A DNA stretch of 19,490 nt from Bdellovibrionales bacterium (lineage in GTDB: Bacteria; Bdellovibrionota; Bdellovibrionia; Bdellovibrionales; UBA1609), in the NCBI GenBank assembly GCA_050246815.1, contig JBFWVI010000052.1, positions 1 through 19,490 of the forward strand, given 5' to 3'. Each line of letters opens with the position of its first letter. Positions within the stretch are counted from its first letter, which is position 1. The notes beneath the pieces are model-generated. The model was not told the origin of the DNA and ran no database searches. It saw only the letters and a list, made by a program, of their open reading frames with translations. This document shows positions 6,476 through 17,171 of this stretch, piece by piece. Made by a program: the position numbers and the translations under genes.

Positions 6476-9400
6476 TTGAGGCTTAGGCGTCAATTCGCTT
6501 ATTGGTCTGTGTGCGCGACAATCATTTTGATTTCGCCTTGGATGGCTTTCGCCCAAACCACCATCAATTCATTTTCTTATGAAGGCCGACTGTACGACAC
6601 GGCCGGAAGTCCTATTGTCAGTGCTAGCGCGGTTTTTCGCCTTGAAATTTACTCGCCCGGCGGTGGGTGCCTGCTTTATCAAGAAGTTCACAGCGGGGTG
6701 AATTTATCTTCGACCAACACCCATGAGCAGGGCGTTTTTGGTTTGAAGGTTGGAGACGGCGTACGTGGCGGCAATGATCCGGGGCTTAATTTTGCGGACA
6801 TTTTCAAGAACTCAGCGCTTTTGGTCGGATACGCAGGATGCAACTACACGCCTGGCGCCAGTGACATCCGCCAAATGAGAGTGTCGGTGGATGCGGGTGG
6901 CGGCTATGAGATTCTCTCACCCGACTTTGATATTTTGTCTTCGCCGGGCGCAATGGTTGCGCAGTCTTTGCAGGGGCGTGCCGCGAGCGACTTTATTCAA
7001 GTCAACGGTTTGGTGAATCAAGCCAATATTGCGACACTGGTTAGCGGCGGTGACGCCGCAGGCTTACACCATCATGATTCGCGTTATGCTCAGCTGGGTT
7101 CATCCGCCGCGCAAAACTTTGGCAGTGGCAATTTGATCACCAACGGTCAGGTGGCTATCGGAACAGCAACGCCGACGGCGGGAGTCGAACTGCACGTGCG
7201 CGATGCCGCGGCCGCCGCCACCGTAAAATTAGAGGGTGCGGCCGCCGCCGGCAGCAGAATCCTTTTTAATGACGCTGCGGTTGAGCGTGCCAGCATCGCC
7301 ACTGAGGGGGGAACAGCGGCGCTGGTATTTTCAACCGACGGCACCACGGCGATGCGGATCGATGCGGACCAGAATTTATCGCTCAGCGGAGCCTTGTTCG
7401 TCGGTGGGTTAATTCGCCCGGGTCCGATACCGTCGGCCGCGCTTGAAACCACCATGCAAACGGCATTAAGCGGAACCTGCGGCGCGGGTTGTTCAGGCGG
7501 AACTTGGTACCGCACCGACACTGGCGAGTATCGTATATGGGACAATACCCGCGGTACGCGCACGATTGCGGTTTATGAGGGCGCACCTACGGCCAATCAA
7601 ATTTTACAGTGGGATGGCGTGCGCTGGGTGCCAGCCACGGCCGCCATGGTGGATGCGACCAAGGTTCCCCTGGCTGGCGGGATTATGACCGGCGCGCTGA
7701 CAGTACCCAACGTCACGGTCACAAGTACTTTGTCGGCTGGATCTTTAGGCGTCAGCGGAATCAATGCCACTTCGATGACTGTGAACAGTGTTGCCACAGG
7801 CACACTTTCAGCGACATCAATGACCGTGACACTGTCGCCCACAGCCAGCAATGATGTCACCAACAAGATGTACACCGACACCCATCTAGCCGGTCGAAGT
7901 ATTCCGATTCCGACCGCGGGACAAGACAATCAGGCTTTACGCTGGAACAACACCCTTGTTGAGTGGCAGTTCTTCGCACCGACTTCACTAGGCAGTGCCG
8001 CAAGCCAAGCCACGGCCAATTCAGATGTCCCAAGCTGTAGTGCGGGTCAGAAGCTGCAGATGAGCGTGGGCCCGATACACACTTACACGTGTGTTCAGGA
8101 GCTTGGCAACGCCACCCAGCTTCAAGGATTCGCATTGCACAACGCAAGCCCCACTGGCGGCCAGGTGCTGACCTGGAATTCAGGTAACAGCCGATGGGAA
8201 GCCACAACGCCTGTCGCTTTGGGAGTGGTCACGTTCAACGGCCGCAGCGGAGCTGTGGTTTCCGCCGCCAACGATTACACCTGGGCGCAAATCGACAAGA
8301 CCACTTCGAGCCTGGCGGACTTGGCCACACGCAATGCGGGGGACTTGAATGCGGGCACCTTAGCAGACGCACAGCTGTCGACCAACGTGGTTTTAAAAAA
8401 CCAATCCAATGTTTTCACCGGCGGCGCGCAAGTGTTCACTGGCAACGTTACGGTGACCGGCCAACTGCAGGCCACAGGCGCCATCGGTATCGGCACCGCC
8501 TCGCCGACCTGCTTGCCCGGGAACAATGGCTTGATTTGGTTTGATGCTTCGGTGCAAGGGTTTCGCTATTGTGAAAACTCCAGTGCCCGCGATCTAAGTG
8601 CCTACCGTTTGGCCGACCGGCAAGTGGCTAGCACCGCGCCAACCACGGACCAATATTTAAGATACGATGGCACCCAATGGGCACCAGGCAATCTCAGCTT
8701 GCCAACGTCCATCGTCGGCTCTGCCGAGATTGCCAACGAAACTGTGCAGAGCCAAGACATATTGGACGGCACAATCACGAACGCCGACATTTCGGCCACG
8801 GCGAACATTGCCGCCAGTAAAATCGCCGGCTTGGGTAGCATGGCCACGCAAAACTCGGGCAGCGTCACCATCACTGGCGGCAACGTGACGGGCTTGTCTC
8901 AATTGGGAACCGTGACCCTGGTCGCGGGCAATCTAAGTGTCGGTGCGGCGGCCATGCAGTTGAGCAATATCCCCTTTTATCTGACCAGCGCAAGCGATGC
9001 GCAGGTCTCCCTTTATTCGGCAAACACCTATAGTTCACGGCTTGTGCTGGACAGCGTGGTCGGCCAGAGCATGATAGAAATGGGCAATTCGGCGGAGCTC
9101 ATGTTAAGGAACTACAGTGGCAATGTGCGGATCGAAAGTAATGCGGATAGCTCGATTCAGGCTGGCACACCCGGCTTTGGCACCAGGATCGACATGCCTG
9201 CGGCCACCAATGTACTGGACGTCAACAGTGCTCGCATAGCGGAGGTCGGCGACGCCATAGACGCCTATGATGCCGTCAACGTGCGTACGGACAATGGCCC
9301 TGAAAACGAACCAAAAATTGTTTATATCAGCTCCACCGAAATTCAGATTCAAGGGCAAAAGCCGGGTTTCATGCCGGTCATTCGCCTGCCGTCGGGCAAT

Positions 9401-9994
9401 GTCTGGCGACCAGCAGTCTACCCTTCGTTCACCATCCCTTCTGGCACGGCTTGGCGCTATTTTTATGTGGTTCGCACCGGGGGCAACACCTTCACCATTT
9501 TAGGTGCGCCGGACGCTCCGCAAGAAATTTCATACGGAACTTACGGGGCTGTGGAGGGCCGCTTCGTCGGCGCCGCCTTTATGCTTGCCGGCGCGTTCTT
9601 GCCATTCAAACAGGTTCGCAATGAATTTTATCTCTCGATCAATCACAACTTTTCATCCCTGCTTTCGGGCACGATCAATGCGGCCAACAACATGTACCCC
9701 AAAAGCGCCATGTCGGTGGATGCTTCAATGATTGCAAACTTCAGCTCGGGCACATCCATCACGTGTTACAATCGATATTTTTTGACTGGCGATTCGATGT
9801 ACCCAAGTTTGAATTTCAGCATCAATAAAGATTCTGTGGCGGGGCAAGCCGTCTACTTTGAACAACGGGGCCGAGTCTTTTTGAACGTCACGACCGTGAA
9901 TAATCCGACGCTCAGCCTAGCTAATGCCGGCGGCACTTGTAACTTGTTGGCCTTTAAAACCAGCATCATTAGTTACACGGACGGCTATTTGTAG
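6476..9994 (+). CDS. Secreted phage-tail-fibre-like trimeric adhesin (Bdellovibrio mosaic fibre type)
   Basis: TTG start with SD GAAGGAG (6461-6467) and signal peptide ending AFA-Q. N-domain FSYEGRLY..G.P...F.L.IYSP...CLLYQE. Four PT..Q.L.(W/Y)...W repeats, HHHDSRY, VVTFNGRSGAV, NDVTNKMYTD and DAYDAVN motifs. Rich in G/T/S/A/N. Confidence 0.87.
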   Translation: MRLRRQFAYWSVCATIILISPWMAFAQTTINSFSYEGRLYDTAGSPIVSASAVFRLEIYSPGGGCLLYQEVHSGVNLSSTNTHEQGVFGLKVGDGVRGGNDPGLNFADIFKNSALLVGYAGCNYTPGASDIRQMRVSVDAGGGYEILSPDFDILSSPGAMVAQSLQGRAASDFIQVNGLVNQANIATLVSGGDAAGLHHHDSRYAQLGSSAAQNFGSGNLITNGQVAIGTATPTAGVELHVRDAAAAATVKLEGAAAAGSRILFNDAAVERASIATEGGTAALVFSTDGTTAMRIDADQNLSLSGALFVGGLIRPGPIPSAALETTMQTALSGTCGAGCSGGTWYRTDTGEYRIWDNTRGTRTIAVYEGAPTANQILQWDGVRWVPATAAMVDATKVPLAGGIMTGALTVPNVTVTSTLSAGSLGVSGINATSMTVNSVATGTLSATSMTVTLSPTASNDVTNKMYTDTHLAGRSIPIPTAGQDNQALRWNNTLVEWQFFAPTSLGSAASQATANSDVPSCSAGQKLQMSVGPIHTYTCVQELGNATQLQGFALHNASPTGGQVLTWNSGNSRWEATTPVALGVVTFNGRSGAVVSAANDYTWAQIDKTTSSLADLATRNAGDLNAGTLADAQLSTNVVLKNQSNVFTGGAQVFTGNVTVTGQLQATGAIGIGTASPTCLPGNNGLIWFDASVQGFRYCENSSARDLSAYRLADRQVASTAPTTDQYLRYDGTQWAPGNLSLPTSIVGSAEIANETVQSQDILDGTITNADISATANIAASKIAGLGSMATQNSGSVTITGGNVTGLSQLGTVTLVAGNLSVGAAAMQLSNIPFYLTSASDAQVSLYSANTYSSRLVLDSVVGQSMIEMGNSAELMLRNYSGNVRIESNADSSIQAGTPGFGTRIDMPAATNVLDVNSARIAEVGDAIDAYDAVNVRTDNGPENEPKIVYISSTEIQIQGQKPGFMPVIRLPSGNVWRPAVYPSFTIPSGTAWRYFYVVRTGGNTFTILGAPDAPQEISYGTYGAVEGRFVGAAFMLAGAFLPFKQVRNEFYLSINHNFSSLLSGTINAANNMYPKSAMSVDASMIANFSSGTSITCYNRYFLTGDSMYPSLNFSINKDSVAGQAVYFEQRGRVFLNVTTVNNPTLSLANAGGTCNLLAFKTSIISYTDGYL

Positions 9995-10138
9995 AGAGCC
10001 GAAAAGGGCCACCTTAGCCCCAAAACGTCGCTCATTTTTATCCAAATAAATTTTACTGAGCTCTGAGCCGCTTGGTCGGCGGAACACCATTTGTAATGAT
10101 GAAGAGTGGGTAAAGCAGACCGTAACTGGGGATAATAT

Positions 10139-10696
10139 ATGGGTAAATTTTACAAATTAAGTCTGGTCGTTCTGATGGTGGCAGTGGCTTCAGCCAGTGC
10201 TCAAAATGCGGCACCAGCCGAGCCATTGTCCTTCAAATCATGGAAAGAGCAGCGACAAGTCGAGGCACAAAATCAAGTGGCACGCATCGGCAACCGCATC
10301 GTGCTGTTGAAGGCCGGCAAAGTTAAGCCAGAAGAGATCATGGCCGAATTCACCCACTTTGCAGACTCGGAGGAGGGGCCTAAATTGACTTCACGAGCAC
10401 AAAAACTGACCTCCAGTGACCTTCTCGTGCGCCTTGAACGTGAGCAGAGTCGAAGTCAAAAGAACCTTGAATTTGCTAAGGATTTGGGACTTCAAGAGTA
10501 TTTTCTGGGATATCTGAATCAGTTCCAAGAAAACCAGGCGGCCCTCACCCAAGTGGCCGGTCGCCTCAGCAAAGACGAAGTCGTCGAACTGCTCAAAGTG
10601 CTGCTGAAAGCCAATCAACAGGGACTTAATTCGGGAAAGGCGCCCCGCCTGAAGCCGGCCTTGGGCAAACTTGAGGCAAGTGCACTGATTTATTAA
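10139..10696 (+). CDS. Hypothetical exported helical protein
   Basis: ATG with GGGGA SD, signal peptide ending ASA-Q, coiled-coil-like composition. No family recognised. Confidence 0.82.
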   Translation: MGKFYKLSLVVLMVAVASASAQNAAPAEPLSFKSWKEQRQVEAQNQVARIGNRIVLLKAGKVKPEEIMAEFTHFADSEEGPKLTSRAQKLTSSDLLVRLEREQSRSQKNLEFAKDLGLQEYFLGYLNQFQENQAALTQVAGRLSKDEVVELLKVLLKANQQGLNSGKAPRLKPALGKLEASALIY

Positions 10697-10767
10697 TTTA
10701 TGCGCCGCATCTATTGTGTGAAGGCTTGCCTCTTTTTTTAAACCACAATTTTTTTTAAGGGGGTCAA

Positions 10768-10795
10768 CTTGACTCCTTCGCGCACCACTCCATAT
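10768..10795 (+). promoter_or_regulatory. Sigma32 (RpoH)-type heat-shock promoter of groESL
   Basis: CTTGAC-N14-CTCCATAT versus consensus CTTGAA-N13/14-CCCCATNT, about 65 nt upstream of groES. Confidence 0.7.
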
Positions 10796-10859
10796 TGGGA
10801 GCGGAAATTAACAACAAAATAAAGGTTTACCTTTATCCATCACCCTTAAGGAGGTTGGT

Positions 10860-12837
<1,978 letters not shown>

Positions 12838-12886
12838 GCCCAGGCGTGGGCCTTGTAAGACCCGCACAGATTCAAAAATGTTTTTT

Positions 12887-12916
12887 AAAAGGGCGGTTTT
12901 GCAACCGCCCTTTTTT
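12887..12916. terminator. Bidirectional intrinsic terminator between groEL and the convergent C26 gene
   Basis: AAAAGGGCGGTT-TTGC-AACCGCCCTTTT followed by T tract, with an A tract on the 5' side. Confidence 0.9.
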
Positions 12917-12939
12917 ATTTTCTGAAGACAATAGCTAAG

Positions 12940-13968
12940 TTAAGGCGACAGCAAAAGAGTGCAATTCCTTAAAACGGTGCCGCCATCCCCATCTGCATCG
13001 CGTTCAATGTGATTCTGTGAGCCGATGATGCGGCCATCATAGCTTTCAAAAAATTTCGGCACGCCCTCAATAGTGCGGGCAGACACCTGAAACATCGGGT
13101 GATCAGGGGGAATGACCCAGCCCTGGTGATGGTCTGAAACCAACACAAGGGGCCGTGGGATTGCGCTTTGGGGGATTTGCGCCAGGAACTGCAAGATATT
13201 GTTTTTGGTGGGAAATAGGTAGACCGATTGTTTGATGTTGCCTTGGTAAGGCTGCTTTAAATCATATTCTTTAACATTAGCAATTTCTTGATCCATTTTG
13301 CAGCCGAAGGCGACCGCGATAAGTTGAGCACCCCGGCAGATGCCCAGAATCAACATATTGGTGTGCTGGTAAATGCCGCGCACGACATCGATTTCCCAGA
13401 AGTCACGTTCGCCGTTGAAGTTCACCGATCCACGGTTTTCTGTGTCGTAAAGGCGATAATCTAAATCTGCCCCCCCTAAAGCCACGAGCATTGAGAAGTG
13501 AGCGCCCAACACGCGGTAAAAGTTTTTTCGCTCATCTGCGTTTAAGCGGGCAAGGGCGGCAACGGGCAGAACGTGGGGCTCAAGTCCCATATCGTGCAGC
13601 TGTGGCAGGATCTCGGCCAAGTGCTTCGAATGCGCCACATGGTCGTCTAAGCGATTGGCTAGCACCAAGACGCGTTTTTTAGGGCTCACCCTGGGTAGAG
13701 CACGGGTCGGGTACACTAAAGCCATGGCGCCCCACTCTTCGAAGGGTACAAAGCCGTGCAGGGCCGGTGTTGCCCGCATACGGCGCAAATAGCGACGCAC
13801 GTCTTCGTATCGGTTGTCGCGGATGTCGTGGGGCAAAATATAGCTGGGGTATTTGTTTAAGGGCTCGTACTCAGGATTCCACGTGGCAGGCGAAAAGTAA
13901 CTGACCTCCGCCTGCGCCAGCGGAGCCACACTTAAAACGAGAGTCAAGAAAACAGCAAACAGCTTCAT
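12940..13968 (-). CDS. Class I glutamine amidotransferase-like peptidase C26 (gamma-glutamyl-GABA hydrolase family) with signal peptide
   Basis: LGGADLD..LY, ERD.WE, ILGICRGAQL (nucleophile Cys), HHQ and GSQNHIE (His-x-Glu). N-terminus MKLFAVFLTLVLSVAPLAQA-E. Start is 13968 or 13992. Confidence 0.85.
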   Translation of the reverse strand: MKLFAVFLTLVLSVAPLAQAEVSYFSPATWNPEYEPLNKYPSYILPHDIRDNRYEDVRRYLRRMRATPALHGFVPFEEWGAMALVYPTRALPRVSPKKRVLVLANRLDDHVAHSKHLAEILPQLHDMGLEPHVLPVAALARLNADERKNFYRVLGAHFSMLVALGGADLDYRLYDTENRGSVNFNGERDFWEIDVVRGIYQHTNMLILGICRGAQLIAVAFGCKMDQEIANVKEYDLKQPYQGNIKQSVYLFPTKNNILQFLAQIPQSAIPRPLVLVSDHHQGWVIPPDHPMFQVSARTIEGVPKFFESYDGRIIGSQNHIERDADGDGGTVLRNCTLLLSP

Positions 13969-14038
13969 ACAAACCCATCGAATATTTTTCATGGGTAGGC
14001 CCAAAATGGTCACCGCCGATGCGGTTCAAAGTGACCTC

Positions 14039-14073
14039 AAAAATAAATAGCCCACCACATTTCTGTGATGGGC
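14039..14073 (-). terminator. Intrinsic terminator downstream of the 14120-14980 hydrolase gene
   Basis: Minus strand GCCCATCACA-GAAA-TGTGGTGGGC (10 bp, one G-U) then TATTTATTTTT. Confidence 0.75.
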
Positions 14074-14086
14074 AAGAGGTGTACCA
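14072..14086 (-). promoter_or_regulatory. Sigma54-like promoter for the C26 gene
   Basis: Minus strand TGGTACACCTCTTGC = GG-N10-GC with TTGC. Confidence 0.5.
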
Positions 14087-14119
14087 AAATTTCACGTTTG
14101 GGGTGTGAGTCAGAGAATC

Positions 14120-14980
14120 TTAGAATCCAATTTCAGTTAAGAATTTTTCAACCATACCCGTCCAGATCGATTGGCCAGCACCGCTGAAGAGATTGTGGCC
14201 GTCAGCCTGAAACGACGAGGCTGCAACAAATTGACCTTTGCCGCCGCCAGCCTGGAAAGCCTCGAACATGGCTTTGGCAATGGCTGGGGGGAAGCTTTTG
14301 TCGTTTTCAGCGAAGACCCACAAAGTGTTGGGTACTGATTGGCCATTGCCAGCGTAGTCTTTGCCGGATTTTTGCAGCACCTTCATCAGATTGTCTTGGC
14401 TGCAGATGCTGCCGTTTTTTTCATCGGCGCCGCGGCCACCGGCAAAGCTAATCACGGCTTTGATCGACGGATCCAAGCCACCGGCATAGACCGACGAAAA
14501 TCCGCCCGAAGAGCGGCCGACCAACAAGACACGGCTTTGATCAAATTTGTATTCGCTGGTTTTCAAATAATTAATGGCGCCCAAGATGTCGCGCGAGGCG
14601 GACTGGCCACTTTTGTTGTAGTTGCGGCTGTCGCACTCGCCGCCTTTTTCAGACATATTCTCGGTCGAGCCGCCGTAACCGCGGCGTTCCACCACCAGGG
14701 TCATGAAACCGCGCTGGGCAAACCACCGGGCTTGGCTATCCAAAGAGTCAAACACCGCGCTAGGGCTTTTGGCGCCACTGCCGTGCGACAACACGGCCAA
14801 GGCGGCGTTGTTCACTTCGGTGTTGTAATAGAGTCTGGCGTTTAGATTGTAGTTCAAGGCTTTGCCTTCAAAGGTGCTTTGCACAGGGATGACGATTTGT
14901 TTGGCTTCCATGGTCGCAAAGGCTTGGGCCGATAAAGTGCTTACTAAACAAAATAAAGTTGTACAGGCTAGGGACTTCAT
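14120..14980 (-). CDS. Exported alpha/beta hydrolase (dienelactone hydrolase-like, Ser nucleophile)
   Basis: Signal peptide ending AFA, SHGSG, RRGYGGS, elbow GRSSGG, AENDKSF and DGHNLF. SD AGGAG. Confidence 0.9.
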   Translation of the reverse strand: MKSLACTTLFCLVSTLSAQAFATMEAKQIVIPVQSTFEGKALNYNLNARLYYNTEVNNAALAVLSHGSGAKSPSAVFDSLDSQARWFAQRGFMTLVVERRGYGGSTENMSEKGGECDSRNYNKSGQSASRDILGAINYLKTSEYKFDQSRVLLVGRSSGGFSSVYAGGLDPSIKAVISFAGGRGADEKNGSICSQDNLMKVLQKSGKDYAGNGQSVPNTLWVFAENDKSFPPAIAKAMFEAFQAGGGKGQFVAASSFQADGHNLFSGAGQSIWTGMVEKFLTEIGF

Positions 14981-15024
14981 AGCGATCTCCTAAAAAGTTA
15001 ATCTTTGATAGCGTTGGGCCGTAT

Positions 15025-15040
15025 TGCAGAGAGTGTTCCA
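15025..15040 (-). promoter_or_regulatory. Sigma54-like promoter for the alpha/beta hydrolase gene
   Basis: Minus strand TGGAACACTCTCTGCA = GG-N10-GC, 45 nt upstream of the ATG. Confidence 0.45.
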
Positions 15041-15310
15041 ACTGAAGGAAAGCTTTTAGGGGCCATTAGAGGTCCTTTTGGCCAATAAATCGGGACACTT
15101 ATGGGCGAAGTGTTAAACAACTCGACAAAAAATTCAAAATTGATGGAGCGCAAATGGGCACCGCGTGCGGACCCGAAAAGCCTTACGGCCTGAGAAGGCG
15201 CTTTTGGCCGCCGCATCGAACACATAAAAACTTCATTATAGAATTGTGACGCGTGATAAAGCAGCTTAACTGATTTACTAAGGGCCTTCACTGCATGAAA
15301 GGATCTTCTT

Positions 15311-15685
15311 ATGAAATCAATCCTTGCGTTGTCCCTTGCTGTTCTATTCAGCCAGGGAGCGGTTGCTGCAGAATGCAGCGCCTGGATCGCGTATACAACT
15401 TTACCGGCGATCCCCAAAACACCAGTGACACTGACCAAAAATGTTGATGATCAATTTAAGGATGTCGAAAAATTTTCTCATGGCCAAGATCCTGTGCTCA
15501 AAAGTAAAAACTTAAGAGTCTACATAGATATCAACGCATCAAACAAAGCTGTGTCAGTTTCGATCGGACAAATGTCGGGAGCCGCTATTTCTATTGAAGG
15601 CGCATCGTTTTTGTCTGGAAAATTGATATCAGTCTTCCAATATTCTTCCTCTGAGGCGCTCACCGTCTCTTGCAAAGAGTCGTAA
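15311..15685 (+). CDS. Small exported hypothetical protein
   Basis: SD AAAGGA, signal peptide MKSILALSLAVLFSQGAVA, beta-rich, with one Cys near each end of the mature chain. Confidence 0.8.
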   Translation: MKSILALSLAVLFSQGAVAAECSAWIAYTTLPAIPKTPVTLTKNVDDQFKDVEKFSHGQDPVLKSKNLRVYIDINASNKAVSVSIGQMSGAAISIEGASFLSGKLISVFQYSSSEALTVSCKES

Positions 15686-15807
15686 AAACGCCACTTCTTG
15701 AAGTGTAAACCCGCGCTACCGACACACTCATGAACGCCTAGTTTCGCGATCGCATTGACGAGCACTTCGTCTAGACAAAGTGCTGGGTTTGCCCCATCAG
15801 TTTTTCA

Positions 15808-15834
15808 TAAAGGGCATTCTTAAAAATCCGATAA
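15808..15834 (+). promoter_or_regulatory. Sigma28 (FliA)-like promoter, probably leaderless
   Basis: TAAA-N15-TCCGATAA. ATG follows after 6 nt with no SD. Confidence 0.7.
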
Positions 15835-15840
15835 GAATAT

Positions 15841-17112
15841 ATGAAACCATCATTGCTTTTTTCTCTTATTTTAACTTCATGTGTTTCAAAGCCAATACGA
15901 CAGCCCGCTGCGGATTACGTAGCAAAAGATCAGCGATCGGAATGTTCTGAATTCATCGATTCTATATCAGGCAAGTTTAAGCATGGATTCGTATACGTAC
16001 CGAAGGATTGGCAAAATCCTGCCAATGGCAGGCTACGTATTTTTTATTATTGGAAAGAGGCGCAAGGATCTGATTTAGATCCAATAATCATGTTTAATGG
16101 GGGGCCTGGTGGTGCGAGTTGGAAGCTCTCACAGCGTTTTAATGAAAAAAACCAGCTTGATAAAATAACTCAAATTTATATCGACCAACGAGGCACTGGT
16201 TGCTCGACTCCTTATCCAGATAAAATTTCAACTCAAAATGAACTCGGGCTTTACTCATCAAGTAGCATTGTAAAAGATGCTGAATTTATTAGGAAAACAG
16301 TCTTTAAGTTGAATAAGTGGAAAGTTTTTGGCCAAAGCTACGGTAGCGCCATTGTTCATCGCTATATGGTGGATGCACCAGAGGGACTGTCCGCCGCTTA
16401 TGCGCATGGATTCGCCGTTATGCATAATTCAATTGATTATCGCAGTGTCCAGAGCATACATCGTTTAAAATCTTTGAGAAGGTATCTTGATAAATACCCA
16501 GAAGACAGAGCTCTTTTAGAGCAGTTGATTGCAGCAAATAAAAAATTTGAATTTAAGGTTGAGAATACCCCAGATGCAAGAAACTGGGCAGAAATTCACA
16601 CATCGTTCAATCAATCAGTCGAAAAACATAAATTCAGCAAGAATGAATCTGTATCACCCATACGCGAGAACGAGGCAGAAATGAGTATGCGGGAAACAGT
16701 CATTTGGACAATCGTAAAACAAGAATATTACGATGAGGATTACAATTCAGCCGACCCGTTTGGTAATAAAATCGCGGAAACCGTTGCCCTAAAAGCGGCC
16801 AAAAATAAACTCGAAATATTTTTTATCAACAAACCCCAGGCCAATCCAAATCTTGAACAGCTCAATGAGACAAACAGAGCTGTGCTTGGGTTAAGAGTAA
16901 CGTTAAGCTCATTGAAAGAAAAATTAAACAGATTCAGTGAAGTAAAATTCTATTTGTACAGTGCGGAGTATGACCTTTTTAGTCCTCCGGATACGTTTCG
17001 AGATGAAGTTCAGTTCTTAGGCCAGCGGATTGTATATCGTAACTTGAGAGAGCTCGGTCATTTTGATTATGCATCTTCAGGCGAAATGATAAATGACATC
17101 CTAAGTCCGTGA
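15841..17112 (+). CDS. Lipoprotein alpha/beta hydrolase, prolyl aminopeptidase (S33)-like
   Basis: Lipobox LTSC (Cys14), NGGPGG, DQRGTGCS, nucleophile GQSYG, YDLFSP and GHFDY. AT-rich relative to its neighbours. Confidence 0.88.
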   Translation: MKPSLLFSLILTSCVSKPIRQPAADYVAKDQRSECSEFIDSISGKFKHGFVYVPKDWQNPANGRLRIFYYWKEAQGSDLDPIIMFNGGPGGASWKLSQRFNEKNQLDKITQIYIDQRGTGCSTPYPDKISTQNELGLYSSSSIVKDAEFIRKTVFKLNKWKVFGQSYGSAIVHRYMVDAPEGLSAAYAHGFAVMHNSIDYRSVQSIHRLKSLRRYLDKYPEDRALLEQLIAANKKFEFKVENTPDARNWAEIHTSFNQSVEKHKFSKNESVSPIRENEAEMSMRETVIWTIVKQEYYDEDYNSADPFGNKIAETVALKAAKNKLEIFFINKPQANPNLEQLNETNRAVLGLRVTLSSLKEKLNRFSEVKFYLYSAEYDLFSPPDTFRDEVQFLGQRIVYRNLRELGHFDYASSGEMINDILSP

Positions 17113-17171
17113 ACATCAGTGGTTTCAAGACCGCATCTAGCGCAACAAAACAAAGACTTTAGTTAAAAGAA

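Noticed and set aside
9300..9994. Fibre tip as a diversity-generating retroelement target
   Set aside because: No template repeat or reverse transcriptase in the window and no recognisable CLec-type variable region.
9998..10005. GCCGAAAA after the fibre stop (and CCCGAAAA at 15172) as extra sigma28 promoters
   Set aside because: No TAAA/TCAA -35 element at 15-16 nt spacing.
13906..13919. CTCCGCCTGCGCCA, a 13/14 match to the tRNA-Asn 3' end (111-124), as a possible attR
   Set aside because: It lies inside a coding region (LAQAE), there is no integrase, and the implied island would contain groESL. Most likely chance.
15148..15212. GCAAA...AAAGCCTTACGGCCTGAG segment reminiscent of a c-di-GMP-I riboswitch
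   Set aside because: Lacks the GNRA tetraloop P2 and the GACGCAAAGC core. Only an imperfect hairpin is present. An Infernal search with the c-di-GMP-I model would settle it.
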